From Flaccisagitta enflata (Eukaryota), in assembly GCA_965153355.1 (NCBI GenBank), contig OZ231126.1, positions 4,712,001 through 4,776,000 of the forward strand: a stretch of DNA of 64,000 bases, read 5' to 3'. Position 1 is the first letter of the stretch; each line of letters starts with the position of its first letter. This document shows, in pieces, positions 1 through 13,987 of the stretch. The translations under genes and the position numbers were made by a program. The notes below the pieces were generated by a model. That model was not told where the DNA came from and searched no databases. It worked only from the letters and a program-made list of their open reading frames with translations.

Positions 1-125
1 AGAATCAAGTGTGATTAAAAAAATGAGGTGGAAAACCAGACACGCTCATTTTTTTTTTGGGCACGCTGAAATTCTGAGGAGTGTGCCCGGCGTGCACGCT
101 CAACAGAATCACTAAATTAAGGCCT

Positions 126-133
126 GATGATGT

Positions 134-227
<94 letters not shown>

Positions 228-334
228 GATAAGGAAGTTGAAGATTGGAGGTAATTTTATAGTGATTGATGATGATGAAGTTGATAATGATGATGATGAT
301 GATGATGACGATGATGATGATGATGTTGTTGATA

Positions 335-387
<53 letters not shown>

Positions 388-388
388 A

Positions 389-428
<40 letters not shown>

Positions 429-477
429 CGAGGATGATGATGATGATGATGATTTATGATGATGATGATGATGATGA
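126..477. repeat. (GAT)n microsatellite; similar tracts at ~6763-7047, 44375-44820, 47575-48151
   Basis: Direct inspection; source of the poly-M/D/S/H/I pseudo-ORFs. Confidence 0.97.
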
Positions 478-1580
478 CACACTGCCTGGTGATGAAGGAA
501 AATAATTTTCCAGATTTTGTTAAAAATGACCGACACTTGTTGAAACTAAGCTATTCCTATGGTCTCATCCATGAGAGATGCCTTCCAGAGGTGGGGTACA
601 CCGATTTAGCCAAATCGGGATCCCGTTAAAAACCAGCCTTAGACCACTCGATTCATGACGTTATGTGGTAGATTGGGTCCCTATGCATCATGGTCACTAT
701 GGTAAAGCGCATCAAGGTCGATGGTCAAGGGGTAGCGTCAGGAAGTCAAAATTATACCTTTCAACTTTGAACGGTTTTGAAGGTCTTCGAAGGTGGGTGG
801 CAATGATGACGATGTGTTTTTCTCATACTGTTGGCTTTCAACTTCTTAGATCCGGGTGGCCGCTGGTGGCAACTCCGTAGTTTTGAAAAACGATAACTTT
901 TAATTTCTCTTGAGCTTAAGATCTTGTGCTGGCTTATCCATTCATTTTCGGGATATGTGATTTCTAACACGCTTTTCTTATAAAGGAGCGATTTTTGCAT
1001 CATTTCCATGGAGGGAGAACTATGCATTGTAAAACCAATATGTCGGCCTTTTGATTCAGTGAATAACCCATCTTATCGATCGGAATTGTTTTGATTATTG
1101 ACAGGGAATTAAAACAAGGCCGGATACACGGCAAGACAATTGCGGACAGACAATCGTTTCAAAGATATTTGAAACCTATCAACGTACCGACGTACCAACC
1201 AACCGACATGGCAAGGTGTAGAGTCGCGTGTCCGCGACTGAAAATGATATATATTTAGATTATGATTACACCTTCTTTTCCTTCCTTTTGTTTCTACTTT
1301 TTTCTTTTTTTCTTTCTTTCCTCCTTTCTTCCTTTTTCATTGCGGACACGCGGCTCTACACCTTACCGTGTCGGTCGGTCCCTCGGTTGGTTGGTCCGTC
1401 GGTCGGTCCGTCCCGTAACATTTTTGAATTCCGAGCAATTTTTGCACTACTGCTCCTGCCCAACTGTCCACGACTGTATTGCCGTGTATCCGGCCTTGTT
1501 TTTTTTTCTTTTTTTCTTTTTTCCTTTTTTCCTTTTTTCCTTTTTTCCTTTTTTCCTTTTTTCCTTTTTTTCCTTTTTTC

Positions 1581-1670
<90 letters not shown>

Positions 1671-1735
1671 TGTTTCTTTGTTTCTTTGTTTCTTTCTTTC
1701 TTTATTTCTTTATTTCTTTATTTCTTCCTTTCTTC

Positions 1736-1789
<54 letters not shown>

Positions 1790-2295
1790 GAATTTCTGAA
1801 TTTCTATTCGTAGATCCGCGACTCTATGATAGACTGAGCCCGTCAGTCTGTTTGTCCATCTATCTGTCCATGAGTGCCGCTCGAGTTGGAAAGAGTGTGA
1901 ATGCGCCTAAAGAAACTGCAGTCCGCGATGGTATTTTAACCCGACGTAAATTGTCTATCTTTTCCGACTTCATTCATTCATTCATTCATTCATTCTTTGA
2001 TTATTCATTCATATATTTGTTTGTACGTGCATCCTCTCTTTTTCGTCGCGGACACGCAACTCTATAAGCCACTGTTTTGTCCATCCGTCCATTGGTTCAT
2101 CTGTATGTCTGTATGTCCATTGGTCACAAAGTCCCTTTCCAAGGTCTTCGCTCCGGCCCACCCATAGGTGACTGATCACTGCCGTGTAAAGGGCCTTGCT
2201 AGTTGCGGGCACGCAATTCTAGAAAAGGCCTTATCTGTATGGCGGTTTGAAGGTCCATGATGCATGAGTTGAAAATTGTACAGACGTGCATTTCG

Positions 2296-2368
<73 letters not shown>

Positions 2369-2371
<3 letters not shown>

Positions 2372-3683
2372 GGACGGCGAGAGAAACGGCGGGCCCCCCC
2401 TCTAGCCTCTTTGACCGGGCCCCCCCTACCCCTCTAGCAACCCCCCCCCCATCCCTACAAGAGTGAAGTTTATCTTTTAGTTTTGGGTTATCAGATTAGA
2501 AATTTTTAGTTGCATGCTATGCGACTCTTACACCCGCTTTGTCGGTCCGTTTGTCCATCCGTTTGTCCATCACATTTTACTTTTTTTAGGTTTTTGAGGT
2601 CTTTGCCTCAGTGCTCCTGCCCAAATGATCAAGTGACCTCAAAAACAGCCCTTGCCCACCCGTACGCGACTGGGGTAGCTGTGTTTCCGACTTTGTTCCC
2701 ATGAAAATAACTCCAGGGCTCAAACTTCTACCTCCAGGACTTGTAACCTGGTATTGGTGTTTTACTGAGGTTTGTTTTTTTTTTCCTTTAATCAAAATCA
2801 ATGTGCCTCTCATTTTGTCTGAGCGAGGGATCTAAATTTGTTAGACCTTTTGACTAGATGAAATTTAGCACTGATTTTTAACCATGAGTGGAAATAGACA
2901 ATGACAATGTTATACATTACAAATTTACAATAGAATATCACAATCAATGTGCCTCTTTTCCAATCTGAATGGGGGGTCTGAAATAGACAGCCCTTCTGAT
3001 TGGAAAAAATATGGCTCTCATTTTTAACCAATACAGGCTGTACATAAAAAGAACCAAGTTAATCAATAATAGAAATTAAATCAAAATCAATGTGCCTCTT
3101 TTCCAATCTGACGGGGGGGGGGGGTCAGAATTGGTCAGCCCTTCTGACAGGAAAATATGGCTCTAATTTTTAACCAATACAGGCTTTACATAAAAAAGAC
3201 TAAGTAAATAAATAATAAAAATCAAATCAAAATCAATGTGCCTCTTTTCCAATCTAAACGGGGGGGTCTGAATTAGTCAGCCCTTCTGATTGAAAAAAAT
3301 ACAGCTCTCATTTAAAGATACACTCAATTATTCAAATAGGATCATGATAACTTCACTTTGAAATTATTTGTCACTTTTACAAGGGCCCAAATTTAACTGA
3401 AATATGGGTTCAATTGAAAGTAACATGTACTATATCTTTGAAAAGGTTGGTATTCAAGACTTTATCAATATGTTGATTTGATCTCAATGGGGCCCCCACT
3501 TGACTTCTTAAGTCCAAACATGATATAATCTGATTTTTTTTTTTTTATTTCTCCTCTTTTTTCTTTTTTCCCTTTTTTTTCTTTATTTTTTTTCTTTTTT
3601 TTTCTTTATTTTTTCCACCTCCCGGGCCCCCCTAGGGCCCGGGCCCCCCTTCTCAGAGGGGGTTGGACCCCCCTCTCGCCGGC

Positions 3684-3687
<4 letters not shown>
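2369..3687. mobile_element. Non-autonomous hAT-like DNA transposon inserted in (GT)n
   Basis: TIRs CAGGGACGGCGAGAG / CTCTCGCCGGCCCTG; flanks TGTGTGTG on both sides; contains a HINE copy (~2505-2697) and three ~145-bp tandem units (~2940-3310). Confidence 0.75.
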
Positions 3688-3719
<32 letters not shown>

Positions 3720-4250
3720 CGTGAAGGAGCAGTAGCTCAAAAAGTTCAAAAACGCCAAAAAATGAAAAAGGGGACCGACCCACCGACAGACCGACCGACT
3801 GAATGAAAAAGCGGGGTGCAGAGTAGCGTAGCACGCGACTAAAATACATGTTTATGTAGTTGACAGTCGGCTGTCTGAAAGTTAGTTTTCCATGTTTCAA
3901 TCATCCAACATTATACCATGACCTGATATTCTTCCAAACACTGTTTGCATACTGTAAAAAACTCATGAAATTACTAAAAGTGAAGTCTAGAAAAAAGACC
4001 CCATTCAAATGTATAAAAGCAAAGCTAAGTTTTACAACATAATTATCATGATTTCATCTATCGATGCTGGTCTCTGCTTGAAATGGGACCAGTTCAGTGG
4101 TTTTACTTTCAGCCAAATTGTAGAAGATATTTAAGTGGATGTATGTATCAAAATGGGAAATCTGGTGGTGGGTGGGACGGGGGCCTGTTTGCATATGATA
4201 AGTGAAGAAACCAGAGCGCCTAAAGCATGATAAAAAGAACACAAGGTATC

Positions 4251-6049
4251 AGGGGGTCGGTGACAGGCTGGTGAAATAAACTTCGTCGAGTGGCCTAAAC
4301 AAGCACTGTGTAGGTGGTTTAGGTGGATTTAGGGGGTCGGTGACAGGCTGGTGAAATAAACTTCGTCGAGTGGCCTAAACAAGCACTGTGTAGGTGGTTT
4401 AGGTGGATTTAGGGGGTCGGTGACAGGCTGGTGAAATAAACTTCGTCGAGTGGCCTAAACAAGCACTGTGTAGGTGGTTTAGGTGGATTTAGGGGGTCGG
4501 TGACAGGCTGGTGAAATAAACTTTTCGAGTGGCCAAAAGCACTGTGTAGGTGGTTTAGGTAGATTTAGTCGGTGACAGGCTGGTGAAATAAACTTCGTCG
4601 AGTGGCCTAAACAAGCACTGTGTAGGTGGTTTAGGTGGATTTAGGGGGTCGGTGACAGGCTGGTGAAATAAACTTCGTCGAGTGGCCTAAACAAGCACTG
4701 TGTAGGTGGTTTAGGTGGATTTAGGGGGTCGGTGACAGGCTGGTGAAATAAACTTCGTCGAGTGGCCTAAACAAGCACTGTGTAGGTGGTTTAGGTGGAT
4801 TTAGGGGGTCGGTGACAGGCTGGTGAAATAAAGTAGTGTCGAGTGGCATAAACAACACTGTGTAGGTGGTTTAGGTGGATTTAGGGGGTCGGTGACAGGC
4901 TGGTGAAATAAACTTCGTCGAGTGGCCTAAACAAGCACTGTGTAGGTGGTTTAGGTGGATTTAGGGGGTCGGTGACAGGCTGGTGAAATAAACTTCGTCG
5001 AGTGGCCTAAACAAGCACTGTGTAGGTGGTTTAGGTGGATTTAGGGGGTCGGTGACAGGCTGGTGAAATAAACTTCGTCGAGTGGCCTAAACAAGCACTG
5101 TGTAGGTGGTTTAGGTGGATTTAGGGGGTCGGTGACAGGCTGGTGAAATAAACTTCGTCGAGTGGCCTAAACAAGCACTGTGTAGGTGGTTTAGGTGGAT
5201 TTAGGGGGTCGGTGACAGGCTGGTGAAATAAACTTCGTCGAGTGGCCTAAACAAGCACTGTGTAGGTGGTTTAGGTGGATTTAGGGGGTCGGTGACAGGC
5301 TGGTGAAATAAACTTCGTCGAGTGGCCTAAACAAGCACTGTGTAGGTGGTTTAGGTGGATTTAGGGGGTCGGTGACAGGCTGGTGAAATAAACTTCGTCG
5401 AGTGGCCTAAACAAGCACTGTGTAGGTGGTTTAGGTGGATTTAGGGGGTCGGTGACAGGCTGGTGAAATAAACTTCAAGTGGCCTAAACAAGCACTGTGT
5501 AGGTGGTTTAGGTGGATTTAGGGGTCAGACAGGCTGGTGAAATAAACTTCTCGAGTGGCCTAAACAAGCACTGTAGGTGGTTTAGGTGGATTTAGGTCGG
5601 TGACAGGCTGGTGAAATAAACTTGTCAAGTGGCCTAAACAAGCACTGTGTAGGTGGTTTAGGTGGATTTAGGGGGTCGGTGACAGGCTGGTGAAATAAAC
5701 TTCGTCGAGTGGCCTAAACAAGCACTGTGTAGGTGGTTTAGGTGGATTTAGGGGGTCGGTGACAGGCTGGTGAAATAAACTTCGTCGAGTGGCCTAAACA
5801 AGCACTGTGTAGGTGGTTTAGGTGGATTTAGGGGGTCGGTGACAGGCTGGTGAAATAAACTTCGTCGAGTGGCCTAAACAAGCACTGTGTAGGTGGTTTA
5901 GGTGGATTTAGGGGGTCGGTGACAGGCTGGTGAAATAAACTTCGTCGAGTGGCCTAAACAAGCACTGTGTAGGTGGTTTAGGTGGATTTAGGGGGTCGGT
6001 GACAGGCTGGTGAAATAAACTTCGTCGAGTGGCCTAAACAAGCACTGTG
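4251..6049. repeat. 80-bp tandem satellite, ~22-23 near-identical copies
   Basis: Unit AGGGGGTCGGTGACAGGCTGGTGAAATAAACTTCGTCGAGTGGCCTAAACAAGCACTGTGTAGGTGGTTTAGGTGGATTT; a few units have small deletions. Confidence 0.97.
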
Positions 6050-6550
6050 GATGATGATTTATGATGGAATGATTGAAATGATAGTGATGGTCATATGATG
6101 TCAATAATGACATGATGATAGCCACGTTGATGCTGTCATTGCAGCATTCCGAGCATTCCTGGTGCGGTGGTAATTCTACCACTCTGAATACTTTCTTAAA
6201 GATAGGTCAATCTCGCGAATTGCGATTTCAAGCTATCGCACAACACATCATGCCTACGTGTGTTTTGATTTTTTGAAGAAAAAAAATGATGGCGAGGGCA
6301 TTGTGTCTTGTTTATCACACTCAACCTCGCACAGCTATAAGAAACAATCAACATCTTTGACAAAAGAGTTTATTGACAATAATATTGGTTAAATTTTTAC
6401 CACTTCTAATGCTTCCCACCTTTACAGATGAAACTTTAAGAGCTTTTCATGAAAAACTATTTAGCATCATGTGAGGGCTGCAATGTGCAAATGTAAAGCA
6501 AAATCATTTATCCACAGCTCATCTCAGGAAAAACCGGTTACTTGTTGACC

Positions 6551-6634
<84 letters not shown>

Positions 6635-6847
6635 TTGACTCTGCAACTGATCTTGTTGTGAACCGATTCTCCCCATGTAAATGAAGTTATCGAAGATCAA
6701 GAAATAGATTATGGAAATGAAAAAGTTGAAGAGGTGTGAGATATGGTGATAACAGAAGACTGGATGATGATGATGATGATTATGATGATGATGATGATTA
6801 TGATGATGGATGATGGATGATGGATTGATGGATTGATGATTGATGAT

Positions 6848-6888
<41 letters not shown>

Positions 6889-6889
6889 T

Positions 6890-6958
<69 letters not shown>

Positions 6959-6961
6959 CAT

Positions 6962-7010
<49 letters not shown>

Positions 7011-7482
7011 AATGATGATTAATGACGATGAAAATGATAATGATGATCCTCTGTAACATCCTAAAATATCTGCTTCCTAGTCATTCTAAGGATTGTTCTT
7101 AGGTAACGGTTGGTCTTTAAACAAGGCCAACAACTTACAGTCGCGTGCGGTTGTTAAGACCATAAGACCAAAAGACTAGGAGACAAAAAGACTAAAAGAT
7201 CAAAATACCAAAAGACTAAATGTTAACTGTCTTGTAATAACCCAAGATGACTTAAAATTACTTTAAATGAGATAAAATGACAAAAAAAAGCTAAGTGGGA
7301 CCAACCGACTGACCGACCAACCGACCGACCGACCGACAGACAGACAGAGCGGGTCACCTAGTCGCGTGCACGCGACTAAAAAGTAGCTTTAAATCTTTTT
7401 AGTATCACTTTTCAAATTTCCCTTAAAGAATATTCATTGAGTTATGTAGATACGATCACGGCCTACATGGTTCATTATGACG

Positions 7483-8083
7483 CACTGAAAATTAACCCGG
7501 AAGAACTTACCCAGAGGACATAGTTACCATTTCCACCATGGATTTTGCCTCCGTCAATATCTCTATCATTTTTTCCAACCTTGAAATGCTAAGTTATGAA
7601 GGATCTCCATACTGTAATCGCCAAATGAGATAAATGCAAAATGATTGAGAGAAATTCGATGATAAAGCACCAAAAAAGTGAAGAAATTATTTACAATCAT
7701 CTCATTTATGCTTAGACAGAATTACAAATTTGCACAGAAAATCAAAATATCAACAAAGTAAGAACATAGCGCGCTCAGTACATGATTTAGGGATTGCACT
7801 ATGTTCTTATTTTATTGATATTTTGATTTTATATGCAAATTTGTAACTCTGTGTAAGTCATGGTACAATAACAAATTGAATTTTTCCATGTTTTTTGCTT
7901 ATTTTTCAACCATAAAATGAGAAGTTTAGAGGTTAAAACTGGCATGTGAAAGATTATCCATGCAAAATGTATCGATTCACATCTTTATTGTTAACACCCC
8001 AGAAAAAAATTTCAGCTTATTTCATTTTATAAAAATCATAATTCATTGGGCATGGGTAGCAAATTCTATGCTAATTTTCAGTG
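7483..8083. mobile_element. CACTG-ended (CMC/EnSpm-like) MITE with central palindrome
   Basis: CACTGAAAATTA / TAATTTTCAGTG, CG on both flanks; long imperfect hairpin ~7712-7857. Confidence 0.65.
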
Positions 8084-8917
8084 CGACTTATCAGCCCTTT
8101 TTATGACGATCAATATTTTTCAAGTTATGTTTAAGATACTGTATTGAATTATGGTCCAAATAAAGAATTCTCTTTAAATTTGACTAAAGAGCGATGATTT
8201 CCACAAAGTTACTTTTTAATGAGGGAAGTTGAATAAGAGTAGGTCTTGGAAAAGTATAAAAACCAAGAATTTCAAATTAAAAGACCAAATATACACCCAA
8301 AACAATTATCACTATTGATTAAAAACAGGCAACAATGCTAAAAAAATGATTTCAGTTGATTGCACACAATTTGAACATGTATGTTGAAGTCATATGTACA
8401 AACAATAAGAGGCACTATCTTATATGGTCAATAAATGAGCAATTAAAGGCAGCTTTTACATTAGAGCTACCTTTTTAGTCGCATGCTACGCGACTCAACA
8501 CCCCGCTTTGTTGGTCCCTCCATCGGTCCGTCCGTCACACTTTACTTTTTTGGAAGTTTTTGCAGTCTTTGGCCTTACTGCTCCTGCCCAAGTGATCAAG
8601 TGACCTCAAATATGGCCCCTGCCCACCTGCACGCAACTTGGGTAGCCGTGTATCTGGCCTTGTTAGATGCGTCCGACAGGAACGCATCTCAATAAGAGGG
8701 TCCGTGTGTCCGTCTGTCGGTCCGTCCGTCTCTCCATCCATCTGTCCATCCGTCCATCCGTCCATGCATCCGTCCATCTGTCCGTCTGTCAGTCCGTCCG
8801 TCCGTCCGTCGATCCGTTGCGCCTGTGCAAAGACCTCGTTTCTCGGCTGTTTTTAGCCGCGATGAGATCCTATATTGAAACAAAAGATCGACAAACATGT
8901 TTTGAGAGCCTCCTGAA

Positions 8918-9644
8918 TAGAGTTTACCTATACGCTTTTTTATACGCCACCTCTACCGGAAGTGGCAGATAACACGTAAAAACGTATTTGGCGCCAAAAT
9001 GAGTTTACGGTTTGAGTTTTTCAGGTTTTTCACTTTGCAATGAAGGAGTAGTAAGATTTGGGGAATTCATGGTGGATTTTCTGTGATCATTCTTAAAATT
9101 TAGTAAAAATCTCTAGAGTTTTTTTTACTAGCATCAAAAGATTATTTTTATTTCCTATTTCTATTCATTTTTTTCATTTTTATCAGTTTTCATATTTCAT
9201 GATTCACATTTAACTTATCACTTGTCACTTTTTTTTTCATTTTTTTTTTACATTTCTTTTTTCATTTTTCACTTTACATTTATTTTTTTCATTTATCATT
9301 TCTCACTTTTTCATTTCTATATTTTATTTATTACTTTTTACTATGTTTTTCTTTTCAATGTACTATACTTTTAATAATTCTGTTGTCACTTTTTTCATCT
9401 TTTTCATTTATATTTAATATGTTTTACTTATATTTTGTCAATCAAATTCTTTGTAATTATTTTATTTATCATATTTCATGGTTATATATATTTCATCATA
9501 TGATTTGTTTTGATAAAACAGAAAATAAAGTAGAATAAATGATCGATGATTCTCCCTCATGCTTATATCAAGATTGTATCATCCCAAAAGAAATGCTGAA
9601 ATGAGTCCAGAATCAAGTTCTTCTTGTCTATTCCTGTTTGTGAG

Positions 9645-9707
<63 letters not shown>

Positions 9708-9788
9708 TTGAACCTGCCATAATGCCAATTCCAATTTTTGTGGACCATATGTTTTGGTTAAATCGATCCTCTGGTTACATGAAGTGAC

Positions 9789-9828
<40 letters not shown>

Positions 9829-10353
9829 ACAACAAAGAAAAAATATCAAAGGACCCATAGATGAGACTGAGTGGCAAGAAAAAATCAAATGGCCAATCAT
9901 ATTTTCATGAATTGTCCTTTATTCTGCTCAAGTCTCGATCGTGGTCTGGGTCTCTCTGTCTCTCTATTTCTGTCTCTGTCTCTCTCAACAAAACGCAGAT
10001 ATCACGTCGATGGTTATGCTATTAATAATCTTAATCCATACCTAGAAAATAGTAACAGAATTTCTATTTTCTTTTATAATATTGACGATAAGCAAATGAG
10101 AACATTTGAATGAAAAAAACACCACCATGCTTTGCTCAAGTATTTTCCAAAAGAGTCAACGATGCATCACAGGCACTGGGAAACTCATTTTGTCTCTAAA
10201 AGATAGTAGAAATTGTAATACTACTTAAAAAAAACGTTAAAAAGCGTTTTTTAGGCTAAAAACTCCACTTATACGCAACCTACTATGCATATAATCTCAA
10301 TTATACTTCCGTTATATGCCACTAGATGATTTTGTATGAAACTCCAAACTCTA
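8918..10353. mobile_element. Non-autonomous hAT-like element inserted into a HINE copy
   Basis: Termini TAGAGTTT / AAACTCTA; 8-bp TSD CTCCTGAA (8910-8917 / 10354-10361). Confidence 0.82.
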
Positions 10354-10550
10354 CTCCTGAACTACTCTTCTCGTTTCATCTGCCCGGACACATCGTTGCC
10401 TAGTCGGGCTTGTTTATGTCCACCCGGTATGTTTATGTCCCAAGATCTTTGATGAGACTGCACACTGTATAGCTTATAGGTGGGTATGCCGGTACTGTTT
10501 TCGAATTCGGTGATGTCTTTTGTTTTACTGACTTTCAAAGCGGGTTTTTA

Positions 10551-10617
10551 TTTAGGGTTAGGGGTAGGGTTAGGGTTAAGGTTGGGGTTGGGGGTGGTTT
10601 TAGGGTTAGGGTTAAGG
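10551..10617 (+). repeat. Degenerate interstitial (TTAGGG)n-like tract
   Basis: About 11 imperfect hexamers (TTAGGG/TTAAGG/TTGGGG). Confidence 0.7.
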
Positions 10618-10833
10618 TCAGAGCAAGCCTTAGGGCTAGGTGAGAGCTGGGTTAAACACAGCTCAACCCGAATCTACTCGAATTAAAGCTTCGCCCAAAC
10701 GGGAAAACCTGATAAAAACAAAAGATCAGTATCGTCTTCGAAATTTCTTCTGGTATGCCTTATAAGCAGGTGCGCTCTAGTGGTGCTCCACTACCCCCCA
10801 ACCAACCTTCCTTTTCAATTACCCTGGGCTTGG

Positions 10834-11034
10834 TTTTAGATGCGTCCACGCATCTCTATAAGAGGCTTTGTCCGTCCGTTGGTCCGTTGGTCCATTGGTC
10901 CGTTGGTCCGTCGGTGAGCACGAGTTATATATGGTTAAAACTCTAGGAAATCACCCAAAATAACAGATCATTACATCATTCTCAACAAGCTAAGTAGCAT
11001 GTGGACGCATCGTTGTACCCCCGGGGTACTTGTT
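10834..11034 (+). mobile_element. HINE-like family 2, representative copy (also 8663-10414 interrupted, ~43198-44175 with internal 9-bp repeats, ~13117-13290)
   Basis: TTTTAGATGCGTCCACGCATCTCTATAAGAGG-(GTCC)n...GGACGCATCGTTG-hairpin-CTTGTT. Confidence 0.7.
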
Positions 11035-11526
11035 TTTCTCTGCACAATATTGCTTGCTTAACTCAGTTTGATTCGTTTTTAAAGAATTGGGTGCACGCCC
11101 TCGAATCATGCATATATTTCGTTGTAGGCAAAGAAGATACGTAGAAAACAAGTAAATCACTTTGTGGGGAAAACAGATGTTGAGAGTGATTAAGATGAAT
11201 TATCAATCAATTGTGAAGTTGAGCACAAAATCGATGTCTTGATTTTGGTGTTGAATCCAAAGGAGAATGAACAATATATTATAAAGATATAACTAAAATC
11301 GGATAATTTTGAGGCATTTCCAAGATAAAAAGTACTTTAAGGAAATCAATCCATGAGATACATTGATAATCAATTATAAACAGTTATGACATAACAACGA
11401 TATCACCGATCGTGACATGACAACCTACACACACAACCTCTGACTGACACCTCAGCCCTTCGAGTTTTGTAGCTATTTTCATAATTCAAATCAAAGCCTG
11501 CCATTTCCCTGCTTCCATCCATTCTC

Positions 11527-12402
11527 TCACTCTTGATGTTGTTGTCCAGCTTTTTCCTCTTCCATCTCCTTCCTTATTTTCCGCCTTTGCTCCTTGTGAA
11601 ATTCTTTATGCTGATAATTCCAGTCCGCTTTTTGGCAATCTTCGCTGCAGTAAAAGTGTTTCTGGACTTTGTTGGGAAATCTTTTCGCATCCGATTTGCA
11701 GGCTGCGCATACGTCGAATTCGTAGATGAGCTTTTCCACTCGTTGACACTCTTCAAAGCTGCAGCGGCGATAGCGTGACAGCAATCGGCGGTCATAAACG
11801 GAAGCGGCTTCTGCCTTTGCTGAATCAACAGCATCAGCCGACAAATCGATCGCTTGAAGGCCCTGATTGAGGCTACAAGGGCCGTATGGAGGGATGTGGT
11901 CTTTTGGGCCTAATCCGAGGTCTTGAGCGCTGGAAGACATTGCATTCGCAATACCGATAAACGCAGCTGCCGAAGCCATCTCTTCCTCGGACTTCGTTAC
12001 AGAATCCAAAAGTGCTTTCTTTTCAGTTTCAGCTTGAAAATCACTCGCCCCAGCATCAGTTGCAGTTTCTCTCATTGCCATGGCTGCGAAGAAACGTTGG
12101 ACATCATCAGCCATAGACATGGCGCAGCGGTTCATTATCTCATGAGCAATCAAGATCTCCCTATTTCTATCCACTTGTTTGAAAAGCTCCTTTTGCTTAT
12201 CAAATTGGAAGCAGTGGGACGACACCGTAATGCCATTTTTGGCTGCGGTTTCTGAAAACCAAGCATCTCTGAGCACTGGCAAAGCCGTTTTGCAACAAGT
12301 TAGGTACAATAGCCATTCCACCTCAAACCGCTTCATGTGGCTCCGGATTCTCGCGTGAGTATCCGTTCCCTCGTCGTCTTTGCAACATTCCATCATTTTC
12401 AC
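11527..12402 (-). CDS. Terminal exon of the MYND zinc-finger protein gene (total ~618 aa)
   Basis: Acceptor TTCAG| after a (CT)n tract, phase 0; CSFEEC..CAAC..YCSEDCQKADW..HKEFH MYND signature, then a short coiled coil and stop. Confidence 0.88.
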   Translation of the reverse strand: MKMMECCKDDEGTDTHARIRSHMKRFEVEWLLYLTCCKTALPVLRDAWFSETAAKNGITVSSHCFQFDKQKELFKQVDRNREILIAHEIMNRCAMSMADDVQRFFAAMAMRETATDAGASDFQAETEKKALLDSVTKSEEEMASAAAFIGIANAMSSSAQDLGLGPKDHIPPYGPCSLNQGLQAIDLSADAVDSAKAEAASVYDRRLLSRYRRCSFEECQRVEKLIYEFDVCAACKSDAKRFPNKVQKHFYCSEDCQKADWNYQHKEFHKEQRRKIRKEMEEEKAGQQHQE

Positions 12403-12429
12403 CTGAATTTCGGGGGAATTTCAGGGAAA

Positions 12430-12493
<64 letters not shown>

Positions 12494-12716
12494 AAAATTT
12501 AAGGAAAGCAATACTTTTGGCGGTATAAAAACCTAAAATATGATTAGTACAACACAATTTCACAATATTTGAACCAAAAATCTTCAATGTCTTCAATGTC
12601 TTCAGGGCAAGGGAATCGTAGAGTTGGTAGTGCGTTGCGACGCGTCGCGGGGGCAGACAAATAAAGTAGGGGAGGGGGGAATCAAAAGCAACTCAATTCC
12701 ATACACCCTCGTTCAC

Positions 12717-12931
12717 CTTGGCAATGGTGAGCTTTGCCTTCATTTGGGGATTTTTCAGCGATCCAATTGCGGCTTCGGCGTCAATCTTCTGCTGCGGTGA
12801 CAGTTCCCGTTTGGCGGCGTCAATTCTGCGAGCGAGGATTTTGTAGCGGCCATTCCACTCATTTCTCCAGAGATTAACGAGGTCCTCGGGAGGGATGAGT
12901 TCAAAGACTTCCAAGTTGGAGACTCTTCTAC
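12717..12931 (-). CDS. Exon 2 of the MYND zinc-finger protein gene
   Basis: Acceptor CTCAG|GT, open frame GRRVSNLEVF...KLTIAK, donor AAG|GTGAA in phase 0. Confidence 0.8.
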
Positions 12932-13574
12932 CTGAGTATGAACAAATTATGAAAAGGTGTTTTGGTTGCTGGTAGATAGAGTTTGAACGCATTGTTATTA
13001 TCGATCAATCAATTATACGTTTGTTCATCCATTTGTCATTACATTCATCCATTCATTAATTCTTTTATTCATTCATTTATTCATTTCTTCATATCTATTC
13101 ATTCAACTGTGCATTTGCCAAGAGATGTCCGATAGATGCGTCCTCTCTTGATACAGGATGATATAAGTAATAAGAGATCAATAAATCAAGAGAAAAGCCT
13201 CAATTCCTGCCAAGGAATTCTCGCGTTACGGATCTTCCAACCTTCCTACGTACACAGCTTCTTAAAGAGATGCGAGGACGCATCTAAAAAGGCCGGATAC
13301 ACGGCTACCTCAGTATCATGAAGGTGGTCTGGGGCTGTAGAGGTGGGGGTAATGCACCGGATCAAGTTGCAGGTGAAGGATATGTGCTAATATGATGAGA
13401 ATAGATGGTATACCAAGTTTCAGGGCCTTTGGAACAGTTTCAGCATAGCCCTCCACCCCCCCCCCCCCTGCCCCCAGAGCTTCAAAACCCAGAAAAAACG
13501 ATTTGTTTTTGCTATTTTAAGCATGTTTTGCTTTCAAAATGTGTTAAGAAATGATAAGAAATACTAAAACACAT

Positions 13575-13987
13575 AGTAATGGTATATATATAGCAGAATA
13601 AAGTTCCATTTTAAATTCCATTCTCATGAATCAGAATATCTCATCATGCATATAGATTCAATATTCATTTAATCTGATCTTGGAATTTGATAAACAAACT
13701 TGCCATATATAAGGAAGGGAATTTGAACAATCAGCAGGATCGTCTTAAAAAATCTATGCTTTTCTTAATATAACATCGTGGATGAATTGAAATGGTCTGA
13801 TATAGTCCGTTGTAAGTGTGTACGTGGCATGATGCCATAGTTAGTTTGTAGGCAGATTTACTATGTCTAGGAGTTACAAGGTAAGTAGGCTTTTTAAGGA
13901 CCGTCTTTATAACAAGACCCTACTGTACAGACTCCTTCGTAGAAGTCTAACATCCTACTAACTGACAGACCGGCATTTTGCATTACT
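13575..13987 (+). repeat. 5' LTR of the outer element (TATATAA 13706-13712, splice donor AAG|GTAAGT ~13878-13886)
   Basis: Matches 18660-18671 + 32063-32463 with about 7 substitutions by eye. Confidence 0.92.

Noticed and set aside
514-590. Possible small plus-strand exon (FVKNDRHLLKLSYSYGLIHERCLPE)
   Set aside because: Plausible splice sites but no recognisable homology or partner exon.
117-2466. ORFs rich in poly-M/D/S/I/F (and the similar ones at 6.5-7, 15.5-16.3, 34, 39.6, 44-48, 51.5, 52.8, 63.6 kb)
   Set aside because: They are translations of microsatellites.
4251-6049. Tandem array as a CRISPR array or hammerhead satellite
   Set aside because: Units are contiguous and identical with no variable spacers or cas genes; no CUGANGA...GAAA core on either strand (only CTGGTGA).
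10551-10617. TTAGGG tract as a true telomere or fusion site
   Set aside because: Short, degenerate and single-orientation; more likely part of a repeat element.
13575-13987. Outer LTR element as a hammerhead retrozyme or 5S-carrying Cassandra-like element
   Set aside because: No hammerhead core or 5S/Pol III boxes recognisable in the LTR.
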